The notes under the pieces were generated by a model. It was not told where the DNA came from. It was given only the letters and a program-made list of their open reading frames with translations, and did not search any database. From the NCBI GenBank assembly GCA_037200005.1, contig JBBCGY010000002.1, forward strand, positions 460,667 through 524,666: a stretch of 64,000 nucleotides of DNA, in the 5' to 3' direction. Of this stretch, positions 8,230-17,331 are shown piece by piece. Source of the DNA: Alphaproteobacteria bacterium (GTDB lineage Bacteria; Pseudomonadota; Alphaproteobacteria; UBA9219; RFNS01). How positions within the stretch are numbered: the first letter of the stretch is position 1; the number at the start of each line of letters is the position of its first letter. A program made the translations under genes and the position numbers.

Positions 8230-10557
8230 ATGAGTCCAATTCAAAAAATTGCCGTTCTCGGTTCCGGCGTGATGGGCAGCCAGATCGCCGCGCAGGCCGC
8301 CAATGCTGGCGTGCCGGTGCTGCTGCTCGACATCGTTCCGAAAGACGCGAAGGATCGCAACCAGCTTGCCAAGGGTGCATTGGAAAGAATGCAGAAAGCC
8401 GATCCCGCGCCTTTCATGCATGCCAAGGCGATCAAACTGGTGACGCCGGGCAATCTCGAAGACGATTTGCAAAAGCTTGCCGATGTCGATTGGATCGTCG
8501 AGGCGGTGCTGGAAAATCCGCAGGTCAAGAGCGACATCTATAAAAAGATCGATGCCGCGCGCAAGACCGGCTCCATCGTGTCGTCCAACACTTCGACGAT
8601 TCCATTGCATATTCTGACTGGCGGGCAGTCGGAGCAATTCGCGCGCGATTTCCTGGTGACGCATTTTTTCAACCCGCCGCGTTACATGCGGCTTCTTGAA
8701 CTTGTCGCGGGACCGAAGACGCGCCCCGATGCCGTGACCGCCGTCAGCGATTTCATCGATAAGCGCATGGGCAAGGGCATCGTGATCTGCAAGGACACGC
8801 CCGGCTTCATCGCCAACCGCATCGGCACCTTCTTCATGCAGACGGCGATCAACGCTACGCTCGATCTCGGCCTTTCGGTCGAAACGGCGGACGCCGTATG
8901 CGGCAAGCCGATGGGCGTGCCGAAGACCGGCGTTTTCGGCCTGATCGATCTCGTCGGCCTCGATTTAATGCCGCTGATCGCCAAGAGCTTCATGGAGACG
9001 TTGCCGCCGGACGACGAATACCGGAAAATCTATCGCGAGCCGGATTTGTTCAAGAAGATGATCGCCGACGGCTATACGGGCCGCAAGGGCAAGGGCGGTT
9101 TTTACCGCATCAACAAGGAAGGCGGCGGCAAGGTCAAAGAGGCCATCGACCTGAAGACCGGCGAATATCGCCCGGCGAGCAAGGAAAAGCATCCGGCGAT
9201 TGAATCGGCGGGCAAGGATTTGCGCGCGCTGTGCTCTTCATCCGAAAAAGCCGGGCAATTGGCCTGGTCGGTTCTCAGCCAGACCTTAAGCTATGCCGCG
9301 AGCTTGGTGCCGCAAATCGCCGACGACGTGGTCGGCGTCGATAGCGCGATGCGCTGGGGCTATAACTGGGATTTCGGGCCGTTCGAGCTGATCGACAAGC
9401 TCGGCGCGGCATGGCTTGCCGAAAAATTGAAAGCCGAAAACAGGCCGGTGCCGGAACTGCTCAAACTGGCCGGCGACCGTTCGTTCTATAAAGTTCAGGA
9501 CGGCAAACTGCACTATCTGATGCTGGCGAGCGAGTATAAGCCGGTGCCGCGCGCCGAAGGCGTATTGCTGCTCGAAGACGTGAAGCGCGCGGGCAAACCC
9601 GTGCTGAAAAACGCCTCCGCGAGTCTGTGGGATATCGGCGATGGCGTCGCCTGTTTCGAATATCACACCAAGATGAATACCATCGATCCCGATTTGCTGG
9701 GCATGCTGCACAAGAGCGTGGAGTTGTTAGGGAGCGACCGCGCGCGCTGGCGCGGCATGGTGATCTATAACGAGGGCAAGGTCTTTTCGGCGGGCGCCAA
9801 TCTCGGCCTCGCCATGTTCGCCATCAATCTGGCGATGTATCAGGCTATCGATCAGCTTATCGAGCAGGGACAGGCGGCCTATCGCGCCGTAAGATTTGCG
9901 CCGTTCCCGGTCGTCGGCGCTCCCGCCAATCTGGCGCTGGGAGGCGGATGCGAGATTCTGCTGAATTGCGCGGCGGTGCAGGCGCATGCCGAGCTATATA
10001 CCGGCCTCGTCGAAGTCGGCATCGGCGTCGTTCCGGGCTGGGGCGGCTGCGCGCAGATGCTGGGGCGGACTTATGCGCTCAAGAAAGGCTTCGGCGGCCC
10101 GATCCCGCCGCTGGTGCAAGCATTCGAGACCATCGGCACGGCCAAAGTGTCGAAATCGGCGGCGGAGGCCGTCGATCTTATGTATCTGCGACCGACCGAC
10201 GGCATCACGATGAATCGCGACCGGCTGCTTTTCGATGCCAAGCAAAAAGCGATCGAGCTTGCGAAAGATTATAAGCCCCCTGAGGAAGAAACGTTCAAGC
10301 TGGCGGGCAAGACCGGCCGCGCCGCCGTCGCTCTCGCCATCGAGGGATTCCGCGCCGCGGGCAAGGCAACGCCGCATGACGTGGTGGTGGGCAAAAAGCT
10401 TGCCGAAGTCTTGACCGGCGGCGATTTGCCGTCGCCGCAAAGCGAGGCGGATATCCTGACACTGGAACGCAAAGCCTTTTTCGACCTCGTGCGCCATCCC
10501 GATACCCAGGCGCGGATCGAATATATGCTGGCGAACGGCAAGCCGTTGAGGAATTGA
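8230..10557 (+). CDS. 3-hydroxyacyl-CoA dehydrogenase / enoyl-CoA hydratase family protein (776 aa)
   Basis: N-terminal Rossmann motif KIAVLGSGVMGSQIA (HCDH NAD-binding) and a C-terminal crotonase-like region (GANLGL...). The track ORF start at 8047 is an out-of-frame upstream extension. Confidence 0.85.
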   Translation: MSPIQKIAVLGSGVMGSQIAAQAANAGVPVLLLDIVPKDAKDRNQLAKGALERMQKADPAPFMHAKAIKLVTPGNLEDDLQKLADVDWIVEAVLENPQVKSDIYKKIDAARKTGSIVSSNTSTIPLHILTGGQSEQFARDFLVTHFFNPPRYMRLLELVAGPKTRPDAVTAVSDFIDKRMGKGIVICKDTPGFIANRIGTFFMQTAINATLDLGLSVETADAVCGKPMGVPKTGVFGLIDLVGLDLMPLIAKSFMETLPPDDEYRKIYREPDLFKKMIADGYTGRKGKGGFYRINKEGGGKVKEAIDLKTGEYRPASKEKHPAIESAGKDLRALCSSSEKAGQLAWSVLSQTLSYAASLVPQIADDVVGVDSAMRWGYNWDFGPFELIDKLGAAWLAEKLKAENRPVPELLKLAGDRSFYKVQDGKLHYLMLASEYKPVPRAEGVLLLEDVKRAGKPVLKNASASLWDIGDGVACFEYHTKMNTIDPDLLGMLHKSVELLGSDRARWRGMVIYNEGKVFSAGANLGLAMFAINLAMYQAIDQLIEQGQAAYRAVRFAPFPVVGAPANLALGGGCEILLNCAAVQAHAELYTGLVEVGIGVVPGWGGCAQMLGRTYALKKGFGGPIPPLVQAFETIGTAKVSKSAAEAVDLMYLRPTDGITMNRDRLLFDAKQKAIELAKDYKPPEEETFKLAGKTGRAAVALAIEGFRAAGKATPHDVVVGKKLAEVLTGGDLPSPQSEADILTLERKAFFDLVRHPDTQARIEYMLANGKPLRN

Positions 10558-10560
10558 ACC

Positions 10561-12342
10561 ATGCCCAAATATCAAGCGCCGCGCGACGACATCAAATTTC
10601 TGCTGCATGAGGTGCTGGACGCCGCGCAGCTGGAAAAATTCCAGGGCTACGGCGACGCCAGTCTGGAATTGATCGACAGCGTGATCGAAGAGGCGGGCAA
10701 GGTCGCGGAGCAAGTGTTGTTTCCGCTCAACCAGTCGGGCGATGAGGAAGGCTGCCATTTCGACAATGGCGTCGTCACGACGCCGAAGGGATTCAAGGAA
10801 GCTTACACGACATTCCGCGAGGGCGGCTGGATCGGCCTATCCTGCGATCCGGCCTATGGCGGGCAAGGGCTGCCGCTACTGCTGAATTTCGTCGTCGATG
10901 AAATCGTCAGCGCGGCGAACATGTCGTTCGGCATGTATCCCGGCCTGTCGCACGGCGCGTATAACGCGATCAATATTCACGGCAGCGCGGAATTGAAACA
11001 GCAATATCTGCCGAAGCTGGTGGATGGAACCTGGTCGGGCACGATGTGCCTGACCGAGCCGCAATGCGGAACCGATCTCGGCCTGATCCGCACGCGGGCG
11101 GAGCCGGACGGAAACGGCGGTTACAAAATCATCGGCACGAAGATATTCATCTCGGCGGGCGAGCATGATTTGACCGATAACATTTTGCATCTGGTGCTGG
11201 CGAAGCTGCCCGACGCGCCCGCCGGAACCAAGGGCATTAGTTTGTTCCTGGTGCCGAAGATTTTGCCGGACGGCAAGCGCAACGGGCTGAATTGCGGGCG
11301 CATCGAGCACAAGATGGGCATCAAGGCGTCATCGACCTGCGTGATGAATTTCGAGGGCGCGACCGGCTGGCTGGTCGGCAAGCCGCATGGCGGCATGAAG
11401 GCGATGTTCACGATGATGAACGAGGCGCGGCTCGCGGTCGGCATTCAGGGGCTTGGGCTGGCCGAAGTCAGCTATCAGAATGCCGTGGTCTATGCCAAGG
11501 AGCGCCTGCAGATGCGGGCGCTGACCGGCGTAAAATTTCCGGACAAGCCTGCCGATCCGATCATCGTCCATCCCGACGTGCGGCGCAATCTTCTGACCAT
11601 GAAGGCGCTGACCGAAGGCTGCCGTGCGCTGGCCTGCTGGATCGGGCTGCATCTCGATATCGAGGCGAAGCATCCCGATGCCGCGAAGCGGGCGGAGGCG
11701 GGCGAGCTCGTCGCGCTGATGACGCCGATCGTCAAATCCTTCCTGACCGATACAGGCTTCGATGTCGCCAATATCGGCATGCAGATTTACGGCGGCCATG
11801 GCTACTGCATGGATTTCGGCATGGAGCAATATGTCCGCGACGCCCGCATCACGCAGATTTATGAAGGCACCAACGGCATTCAGGCGCTCGATCTCGTCGG
11901 GCGCAAGATGCCGGATACCTACGGCAAGCTGCTGCGGCGGTTTTTCCATCCGGTCGCAGATTTTATCGAGGCCGAGAAGGGGAGCGCCGCGCTGGCGGAT
12001 TTCATGCCGTCCTTTATCAGCGCCTTCGGCAAATTGCAGATGGCCTCGGTGACGGTGGCCTCGCGCGGCCTTGGCAATCCTGACGAGGCCGGGGCGGCGG
12101 CGAGCGACTATCTCAAGCTGTTCGCGTATGTCGCCGTCGGCTATATGTGGCTGAAGATGGCAAAGGTCGCGGCGGAGAAACTTCCGGCGGCGGGCGACCG
12201 CGCGGGCTTTTACGACGCCAAGCTCAAAACCGCGCGCTTCTATTTCCAGAAGATCATGCCGCAGGTCAATGCGCTCAACCTCTCCATCATGGCGGGCAGC
12301 AAGCCGGTCATGGATTTCCCGGTCGAGGGATTCGGAAACTAA
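10561..12342 (+). CDS. acyl-CoA dehydrogenase (long-form, 593 aa)
   Basis: ACAD core (GTMCLTEPQCGTDL, IYEGTNGIQALDL) plus an N-terminal extension and a C-terminal domain. Confidence 0.85.
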   Translation: MPKYQAPRDDIKFLLHEVLDAAQLEKFQGYGDASLELIDSVIEEAGKVAEQVLFPLNQSGDEEGCHFDNGVVTTPKGFKEAYTTFREGGWIGLSCDPAYGGQGLPLLLNFVVDEIVSAANMSFGMYPGLSHGAYNAINIHGSAELKQQYLPKLVDGTWSGTMCLTEPQCGTDLGLIRTRAEPDGNGGYKIIGTKIFISAGEHDLTDNILHLVLAKLPDAPAGTKGISLFLVPKILPDGKRNGLNCGRIEHKMGIKASSTCVMNFEGATGWLVGKPHGGMKAMFTMMNEARLAVGIQGLGLAEVSYQNAVVYAKERLQMRALTGVKFPDKPADPIIVHPDVRRNLLTMKALTEGCRALACWIGLHLDIEAKHPDAAKRAEAGELVALMTPIVKSFLTDTGFDVANIGMQIYGGHGYCMDFGMEQYVRDARITQIYEGTNGIQALDLVGRKMPDTYGKLLRRFFHPVADFIEAEKGSAALADFMPSFISAFGKLQMASVTVASRGLGNPDEAGAAASDYLKLFAYVAVGYMWLKMAKVAAEKLPAAGDRAGFYDAKLKTARFYFQKIMPQVNALNLSIMAGSKPVMDFPVEGFGN

Positions 12343-12986
12343 CCGACTACAGCGCGCAGATGGCCGCTAGCGGAACGTTGCTCGCCGGTTGGCCGTGAAG
12401 CTTGGGCACTGGTTTCTTGCTTGAGATGCTTGGCAAGGGCTTGGCCCATATTAGTCAGGACATATGATATGGTCAGTGGGCCGGAAAAAGCCACCGTTTG
12501 ATCGGAGGTGCTGGGACGGGGCCAGGGCTCCACCAAGCCCTCTTGGCTAAGCTGGGCTATCCGGTTTTTCGTTTCGCCGATCGTCACGCCCAGCCTGTCC
12601 GCCACATCTCGGGGAGCAATCGGGCCGCTGCTTTGCAGCACATCCATGACGGGCTGCCATTCGCCAATCATAGGCCGCCATGTTTGGAGGTTTTCCTGAA
12701 TTTTATGTTGAGAAATCTGGGTGCCCTCGACATGATCGAGATATCCCTGAACCACGCTGGTCAGCACGGTGCGAATAGCCTTCCCATCCGGCCCATGCAA
12801 TGTGAGTTCCTCGGCGAGGTCCACGAACTTTTTTAAGAGCTGCAAGCTTTCTTCATCCCGATTCGCCATGGCGCTTCCGATTGAAGCGCCGATTTTGTGT
12901 ATGACGGCGGGAGCTCGCATTCCCCTATCAACCAAGCCTAAATTCCGTGCCAATTCTGATGCTGAATCGTCGTTGTGGATCGGCAT
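12339..12986 (-). CDS. hypothetical protein with winged-helix-like segment
   Basis: IAPRDVADRLGVTIGETKNRIAQLSQEGLV resembles a MarR-type HTH. GGAGA RBS before ATG 12986. Confidence 0.35.
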   Translation of the reverse strand: MPIHNDDSASELARNLGLVDRGMRAPAVIHKIGASIGSAMANRDEESLQLLKKFVDLAEELTLHGPDGKAIRTVLTSVVQGYLDHVEGTQISQHKIQENLQTWRPMIGEWQPVMDVLQSSGPIAPRDVADRLGVTIGETKNRIAQLSQEGLVEPWPRPSTSDQTVAFSGPLTISYVLTNMGQALAKHLKQETSAQASRPTGEQRSASGHLRAVVG

Positions 12987-13105
12987 TGCAAATCTCCATT
13001 CGTTAAAATCACGCTTCGACTGTAGCAATCGAAACGCGCATTTGCCAAACGGAAAATGTGGCCGCAAACACAGCAGGATAAGCCGGAAAATCGCGTCCTA
13101 AAGCT

Positions 13106-14080
13106 TTAGCCGCGCTGCCATCTGTGCAGATTGTTCCACCATCTTTTCATGGTGGAATCGGCTATCGGCGGGGCCGACGTATCGGCGCGCGCTATGCTTT
13201 CCTGAACTTGATCGATCTCCATGCGAATGGACAAGATCGAATCCTTTTTATCCTTGTAGTGGATGTCCCGCTGCATGTTTTCCAGGGCTTTGTCGGCATG
13301 GGCCAGTGCGTAGCGGGCGGCGGCATAGTTATTCTCGATGATGAAATAGCGGGCCAGGGCGATGTTGTTGCTCGCTTTGTCGAGGGCCGTGTCATATTGC
13401 TCTCTATTGTCGACAATATTTTCCATAAGCTCAGTCAGGCGCTGCTCGGCTTCCGCATAATCGCCCTCGCCGATCGCCGCGCCGGCTGCCTGCAGATATC
13501 GCTCAGGCGCGTCGGTGGAAAAATCCAGGCGGATATTCATTGCTTCCACGTCGGCGAAATTATGGCCCGTGGGCACAAGGACGGTATTTTCAACCGTGGT
13601 GACTTCGACATAGCCTGTTTGGTTGGGTAAATAGCGGTATTGATATATGACAGGATTAGAAACAGCGGTCGGCATGTATACGCTTCGGCCCAGATTGACC
13701 TTGATGATCCGCTGGTCAGGCGGGGTGATCGCTTTGAGGCCCGCCGCGAGGGTTTGGGCCGCGGCGATGTGCGTTTGAGCCAGCGCGGGATTATCCGTGG
13801 ACAGCGCCCACTGGGCGTCGCTCACGCGTTCCATGAAATAGCCCGCCGCGGTAGCGGGATTGCTGATGACGACCGTATCCGGAGGAACGGAATAGGGGGC
13901 GGGTTCCACCGGCACGATCGATATGACGGGCGTCGTTTGGGGCGCTATGACCATCCCGCGCCGTTCCGTCATGGAAGATGCGGGACTGGTGATGATGACC
14001 GCGTCGGCCGCTTGCGCCGTCGCCGCAAGACCCCATGCTCCTAGTAGCATCGCGCTCGCGAGAATAAATTTCCTGGACAT
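13106..14080 (-). CDS. secreted hypothetical protein (324 aa), possibly YfdX-like helical-repeat C-terminal region
   Basis: Signal peptide MSRKFILASAMLLGAWGLAATAQA. The C-terminal helical Ala-rich repeats (ARYALAHADKALENM...) weakly resemble the YfdX family. Confidence 0.4.
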   Translation of the reverse strand: MSRKFILASAMLLGAWGLAATAQAADAVIITSPASSMTERRGMVIAPQTTPVISIVPVEPAPYSVPPDTVVISNPATAAGYFMERVSDAQWALSTDNPALAQTHIAAAQTLAAGLKAITPPDQRIIKVNLGRSVYMPTAVSNPVIYQYRYLPNQTGYVEVTTVENTVLVPTGHNFADVEAMNIRLDFSTDAPERYLQAAGAAIGEGDYAEAEQRLTELMENIVDNREQYDTALDKASNNIALARYFIIENNYAAARYALAHADKALENMQRDIHYKDKKDSILSIRMEIDQVQESIARADTSAPPIADSTMKRWWNNLHRWQRG

Positions 14081-14098
14081 GACGGGACTCCTTAAACG

Positions 14099-14374
14099 TT
14101 AGGCAGGAACTTTTTCTTCCATCGTACAACGCTTGTTAAGCCTGACTTCGATGCGTTTCCGCACACTCTCAAGCTCCGAGGATATCATCAGCCACGGCTT
14201 GCCCGCCGCGAAATTCCGGTAATTATCCGACGCGATCCGCCCGGCATGATCGAACGCCTCAATAGCCGATTCCAGGCAGCAAAGAACCTCCTCCGGAGAG
14301 TTTGATTCGTGAAGCTTGGGCAGGGTATTGATGGCTTGCTCTCTTTTGTCGTCATTCGCCTGATTAGCGGGCAT
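14099..14374 (-). CDS. hypothetical protein (91 aa)
   Basis: Intact ORF between the secreted protein and the small membrane protein. No motif. Confidence 0.3.
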   Translation of the reverse strand: MPANQANDDKREQAINTLPKLHESNSPEEVLCCLESAIEAFDHAGRIASDNYRNFAAGKPWLMISSELESVRKRIEVRLNKRCTMEEKVPA

Positions 14375-14624
14375 TCTTTTCGACCTCTTTCCGCCCGTCT
14401 TTCAAGGCGTCTCCGATTTTGTCGGCAGGCGTCCGGTCTTCGAGCTGCCGAACGGCCTTGTCGCCGCCGTCGGGAAGGGCGTCGACGGCATCGCCGACCT
14501 TCTGGCTAAAGCTGCGCTGGTCGGGCGTGGTCAGCATCATGAACAGCGCGAAGCCCGCGGCGGCCACGATAGCCGCGACGACGAAAAGCCTAATCATCGA
14601 ATTGGTATTTGCCATGACAGCCAT
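14364..14624 (-). CDS. small membrane-anchored stress protein (86 aa)
   Basis: MAVMANTNSMIRLFVVAAIVAAAGFALFMMLTT TM helix then a charged tail. AAGGA RBS before ATG 14624. Confidence 0.4.
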   Translation of the reverse strand: MAVMANTNSMIRLFVVAAIVAAAGFALFMMLTTPDQRSFSQKVGDAVDALPDGGDKAVRQLEDRTPADKIGDALKDGRKEVEKNAR

Positions 14625-14661
14625 TTTCAGTTCCTTTTCCGGGGTTGATGTAATTGGAAAT

Positions 14662-15177
14662 TCAGGCCTGCAGCTCACGGAGCATCCAGGCCGCTTTGTC
14701 GTGGAAAGCCATGCGCTGGACCATGAGATCGAAAGTCACCTGGTCGTCGGCTTCCTCGGAGATCGTCAGAACTTTGCGCGCTTCGCCCGAGCAGACTTCA
14801 TGGCTCTTGAGAAGATTGCCAATCATCTCTTTGGCGGAGGCCGGAAGCTTGCGATCTTCCGCAACCGAGGAAAGCGCGGCGAATTCGGTAAGCGTGCCGG
14901 GAGCGAAATATCCCAGCGCGCGAATGCGTTCCGCGATCGTGTCACCCGCCTCATGCAATTCCTGATAATGCTCTTCGAAAAGCTTATGCAGGGAAACGAA
15001 ATGCGGTCCTCCGACATTCCAATGATAAAAAAGAGATTTTTGATAGAGGGCATAGGTAGAGGCCAGAAAACGCGACAGGGCGTGAGCCGCCGCTTCCCGT
15101 TTGCGGGGATCCGCCGCCGCGTTCGATGCCTGAATCTCCGGCTGGGCGGGAACCGTGCTTATAATAGATGGTTTCAT
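14662..15177 (-). CDS. dps: Dps (DNA starvation/stationary-phase protection, ferritin-like)
   Basis: LASTYALYQKSLFYHWNVGGPHFVSLHKLFEEHYQELHEAGDTIAERIRALG ferroxidase-centre motifs of Dps. Confidence 0.85.
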   Translation of the reverse strand: MKPSIISTVPAQPEIQASNAAADPRKREAAAHALSRFLASTYALYQKSLFYHWNVGGPHFVSLHKLFEEHYQELHEAGDTIAERIRALGYFAPGTLTEFAALSSVAEDRKLPASAKEMIGNLLKSHEVCSGEARKVLTISEEADDQVTFDLMVQRMAFHDKAAWMLRELQA

Positions 15178-15312
15178 GGCCCTGATCTCGCTGGTTGCGT
15201 TGTAAAAGAATAGATGAGGTGAGAGGCTAAATGAGTCGCCGTCAGGTGACTGTCCTGAACCCCGGCGATATCGTAAGCAGCGTATAAGGGGCGATGATCC
15301 CTTTAATCAGCT

Positions 15313-15537
15313 TTATGCCGCCTCGTCGCGTTTGGAAGTTTTGGTCCGTTCTTCTTCCGGGGCCGCCGTTTTCATGCCGCCTATTCCCTCGAGACGGCGG
15401 TATATTTTGATTAATCTTTCAAGATCGTCCGCCTGGGCTTTGGTTGCCGGATTTCCTCCTTCGCCTTCAAGCCGCTGCATTTCCTCGATCGTCAATTTAA
15501 GGCGGTCGCGTATCTTTTGAATGGCCTCCGGAGTCAT
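15313..15537 (-). CDS. hypothetical small protein (74 aa)
   Basis: GGGAGA RBS before ATG 15537. Coiled-coil-like MTPEAIQKIRDRLKLTIEEMQRLEG. Confidence 0.35.
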   Translation of the reverse strand: MTPEAIQKIRDRLKLTIEEMQRLEGEGGNPATKAQADDLERLIKIYRRLEGIGGMKTAAPEEERTKTSKRDEAA

Positions 15538-15673
15538 AATCCATCTCCCGTGGTCGTGACTGGACAAGCTGGAAAAAACCTCCAACCCATATCAACCTAT
15601 TACGAAGAAAATAAGCGCGCCATGAATGATGGTCGGCTTATTGATAAACGAACGGTAAGGGGCCTGACTCGTC

Positions 15674-17269
15674 CTAGCTCGCCTTGCGCAGTCCGGAGAG
15701 CTTTTGCGCGAGCATGTCGGGATGGATCGGCTTGCTCATATAGTCGTCCATGCCGGCATCCAGGCAGCGCTCGCGATCTCCGGCAAGCGCGTGCGCGGTG
15801 ACGCCTATGATCGTGTGACGAAACAACTTGTCGCGCTCCAGTTGCCGGATATGGCGGGTGGTTTCATAGCCGTCGAGATCGTTCATCTGCACGTCCATGA
15901 GAATGGCTTCATAGGGTTCCATGATCGTGGCGATCTTGTCCACCGCTTGCTGGCCTGAATTGACGGCATCCACCTTATAGCCGAGATTCTCCAGCATCAG
16001 GGTCGCGACCAGGATATTCGCGGGATAATCTTCGACCAGCAGAATGCTTGGCTGGTGCGACTCGGCATCGGCGGCGGACGCCGGGTTTGCTTGAGGCGCG
16101 TTGTCTCGCGCTCCGGCCACGGTGCCCAATCTCCATGAAGCGGTGAAGGTCGATCCTTTGCCTTCCGTGCTTTCGACTTCGATGTTGCCGCCCATCATCT
16201 TGCTCAACCGCTGGCCGATAGCCAGCCCAAGACCCGATCCGCCGAAGCGGCGGGATATGCTTTGATCGGCTTGCGTAAATCTATCGAAAATATGGCCGAT
16301 TTTTTTCGGGGCGATGCCAATACCGGTATCGGTGACGCGGGCGCTTACCAGGCTGGTATGATCGTCGAGCGGCGTATGATCGATGACGAGTTCCACGCTG
16401 CCCTCATCGGTGAATTTGAGCGCGTTATTGAGCAGGTTGGCTATGGTTTGCTGGAGCCGCGTGCGGTCGCCATGGAAAGACATGCCTCCCGTCCGGTTCT
16501 CGATGGCGAATTTCAGTCCCTTTTGCTCCATTTGCAGCGTGAACATCGCTTTGATCTCGCCGATGATCTCGTCGAAACTGAAGATGGATATTTCGAGCTG
16601 CAGCTGGCCTGCCTCGATGCGGCTGAAATCCAGAAGGTTGTCGATGAGCTTCAAAAGAACGTCGGCATTGGTGCGGAGAGTCTCCGCCATCTCTTTTTGT
16701 TTGGCGTCGAGTTCCGTATTGGCGAGCAAAGTAGCCAGTCCGACGACCGCGTTCATGGGGGTGCGTATTTCATGGCTCATGGTGGCGAGGAATTCGCTTT
16801 TCGCCCGGTTGGCCGATTCCGCCTTGTCTTTCGCAAGCTCAAGCTCATGCCGCTGGGCTTCGTTTTCCCGCAGCAGGCGCTCGCGGACAAAGGCGGCTTG
16901 CATGACCGCAGGCAGCAAATCGAAGTATAATTGCCCCGTATCTTTGATCGTATAATCGGCAGCGCCCTTTTCGAGCGCTCTCACGGCGACACTCTCATCA
17001 CCGCTTCCCGTAAGAACGATGACAGGCGGGGGAGTTTTCCAAGACGACAATTTATCGAGAAGAGTCAGCCCGTCCATGCCCGGAAGATGATAATCGACCA
17101 GGATCATGTGGTATTCGTTCTTTTGAATCAGCTCTAGGCCTTCTTCCGCGCTGGGCGCGGTTTCGACATGAAAGCCGGCCCGGGCCAGATGTTTCTGGAG
17201 CAGGCGCGCGAGCCCGGCATCGTCTTCAATGTAAAGAACATTCTGCAGTTTGTCGTTTCCGTCAGGCAT
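15674..17269 (-). CDS. hybrid sensor histidine kinase with receiver domains at both ends (REC-HisKA-HATPase-REC)
   Basis: N-terminal REC ([13 protein letters not shown]...DGLTLL). HisKA H-box ([11 protein letters not shown]). HATPase (G-box GSGLGLAI). C-terminal REC ([11 protein letters not shown]...[13 protein letters not shown]). Confidence 0.85.
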   Translation of the reverse strand: MPDGNDKLQNVLYIEDDAGLARLLQKHLARAGFHVETAPSAEEGLELIQKNEYHMILVDYHLPGMDGLTLLDKLSSWKTPPPVIVLTGSGDESVAVRALEKGAADYTIKDTGQLYFDLLPAVMQAAFVRERLLRENEAQRHELELAKDKAESANRAKSEFLATMSHEIRTPMNAVVGLATLLANTELDAKQKEMAETLRTNADVLLKLIDNLLDFSRIEAGQLQLEISIFSFDEIIGEIKAMFTLQMEQKGLKFAIENRTGGMSFHGDRTRLQQTIANLLNNALKFTDEGSVELVIDHTPLDDHTSLVSARVTDTGIGIAPKKIGHIFDRFTQADQSISRRFGGSGLGLAIGQRLSKMMGGNIEVESTEGKGSTFTASWRLGTVAGARDNAPQANPASAADAESHQPSILLVEDYPANILVATLMLENLGYKVDAVNSGQQAVDKIATIMEPYEAILMDVQMNDLDGYETTRHIRQLERDKLFRHTIIGVTAHALAGDRERCLDAGMDDYMSKPIHPDMLAQKLSGLRKAS

Positions 17270-17331
17270 CTCGTTTTCCTATCATATGTGCAATCGTATT
17301 CGACCGAAGGGGTGATGTAAACATCACCGTA

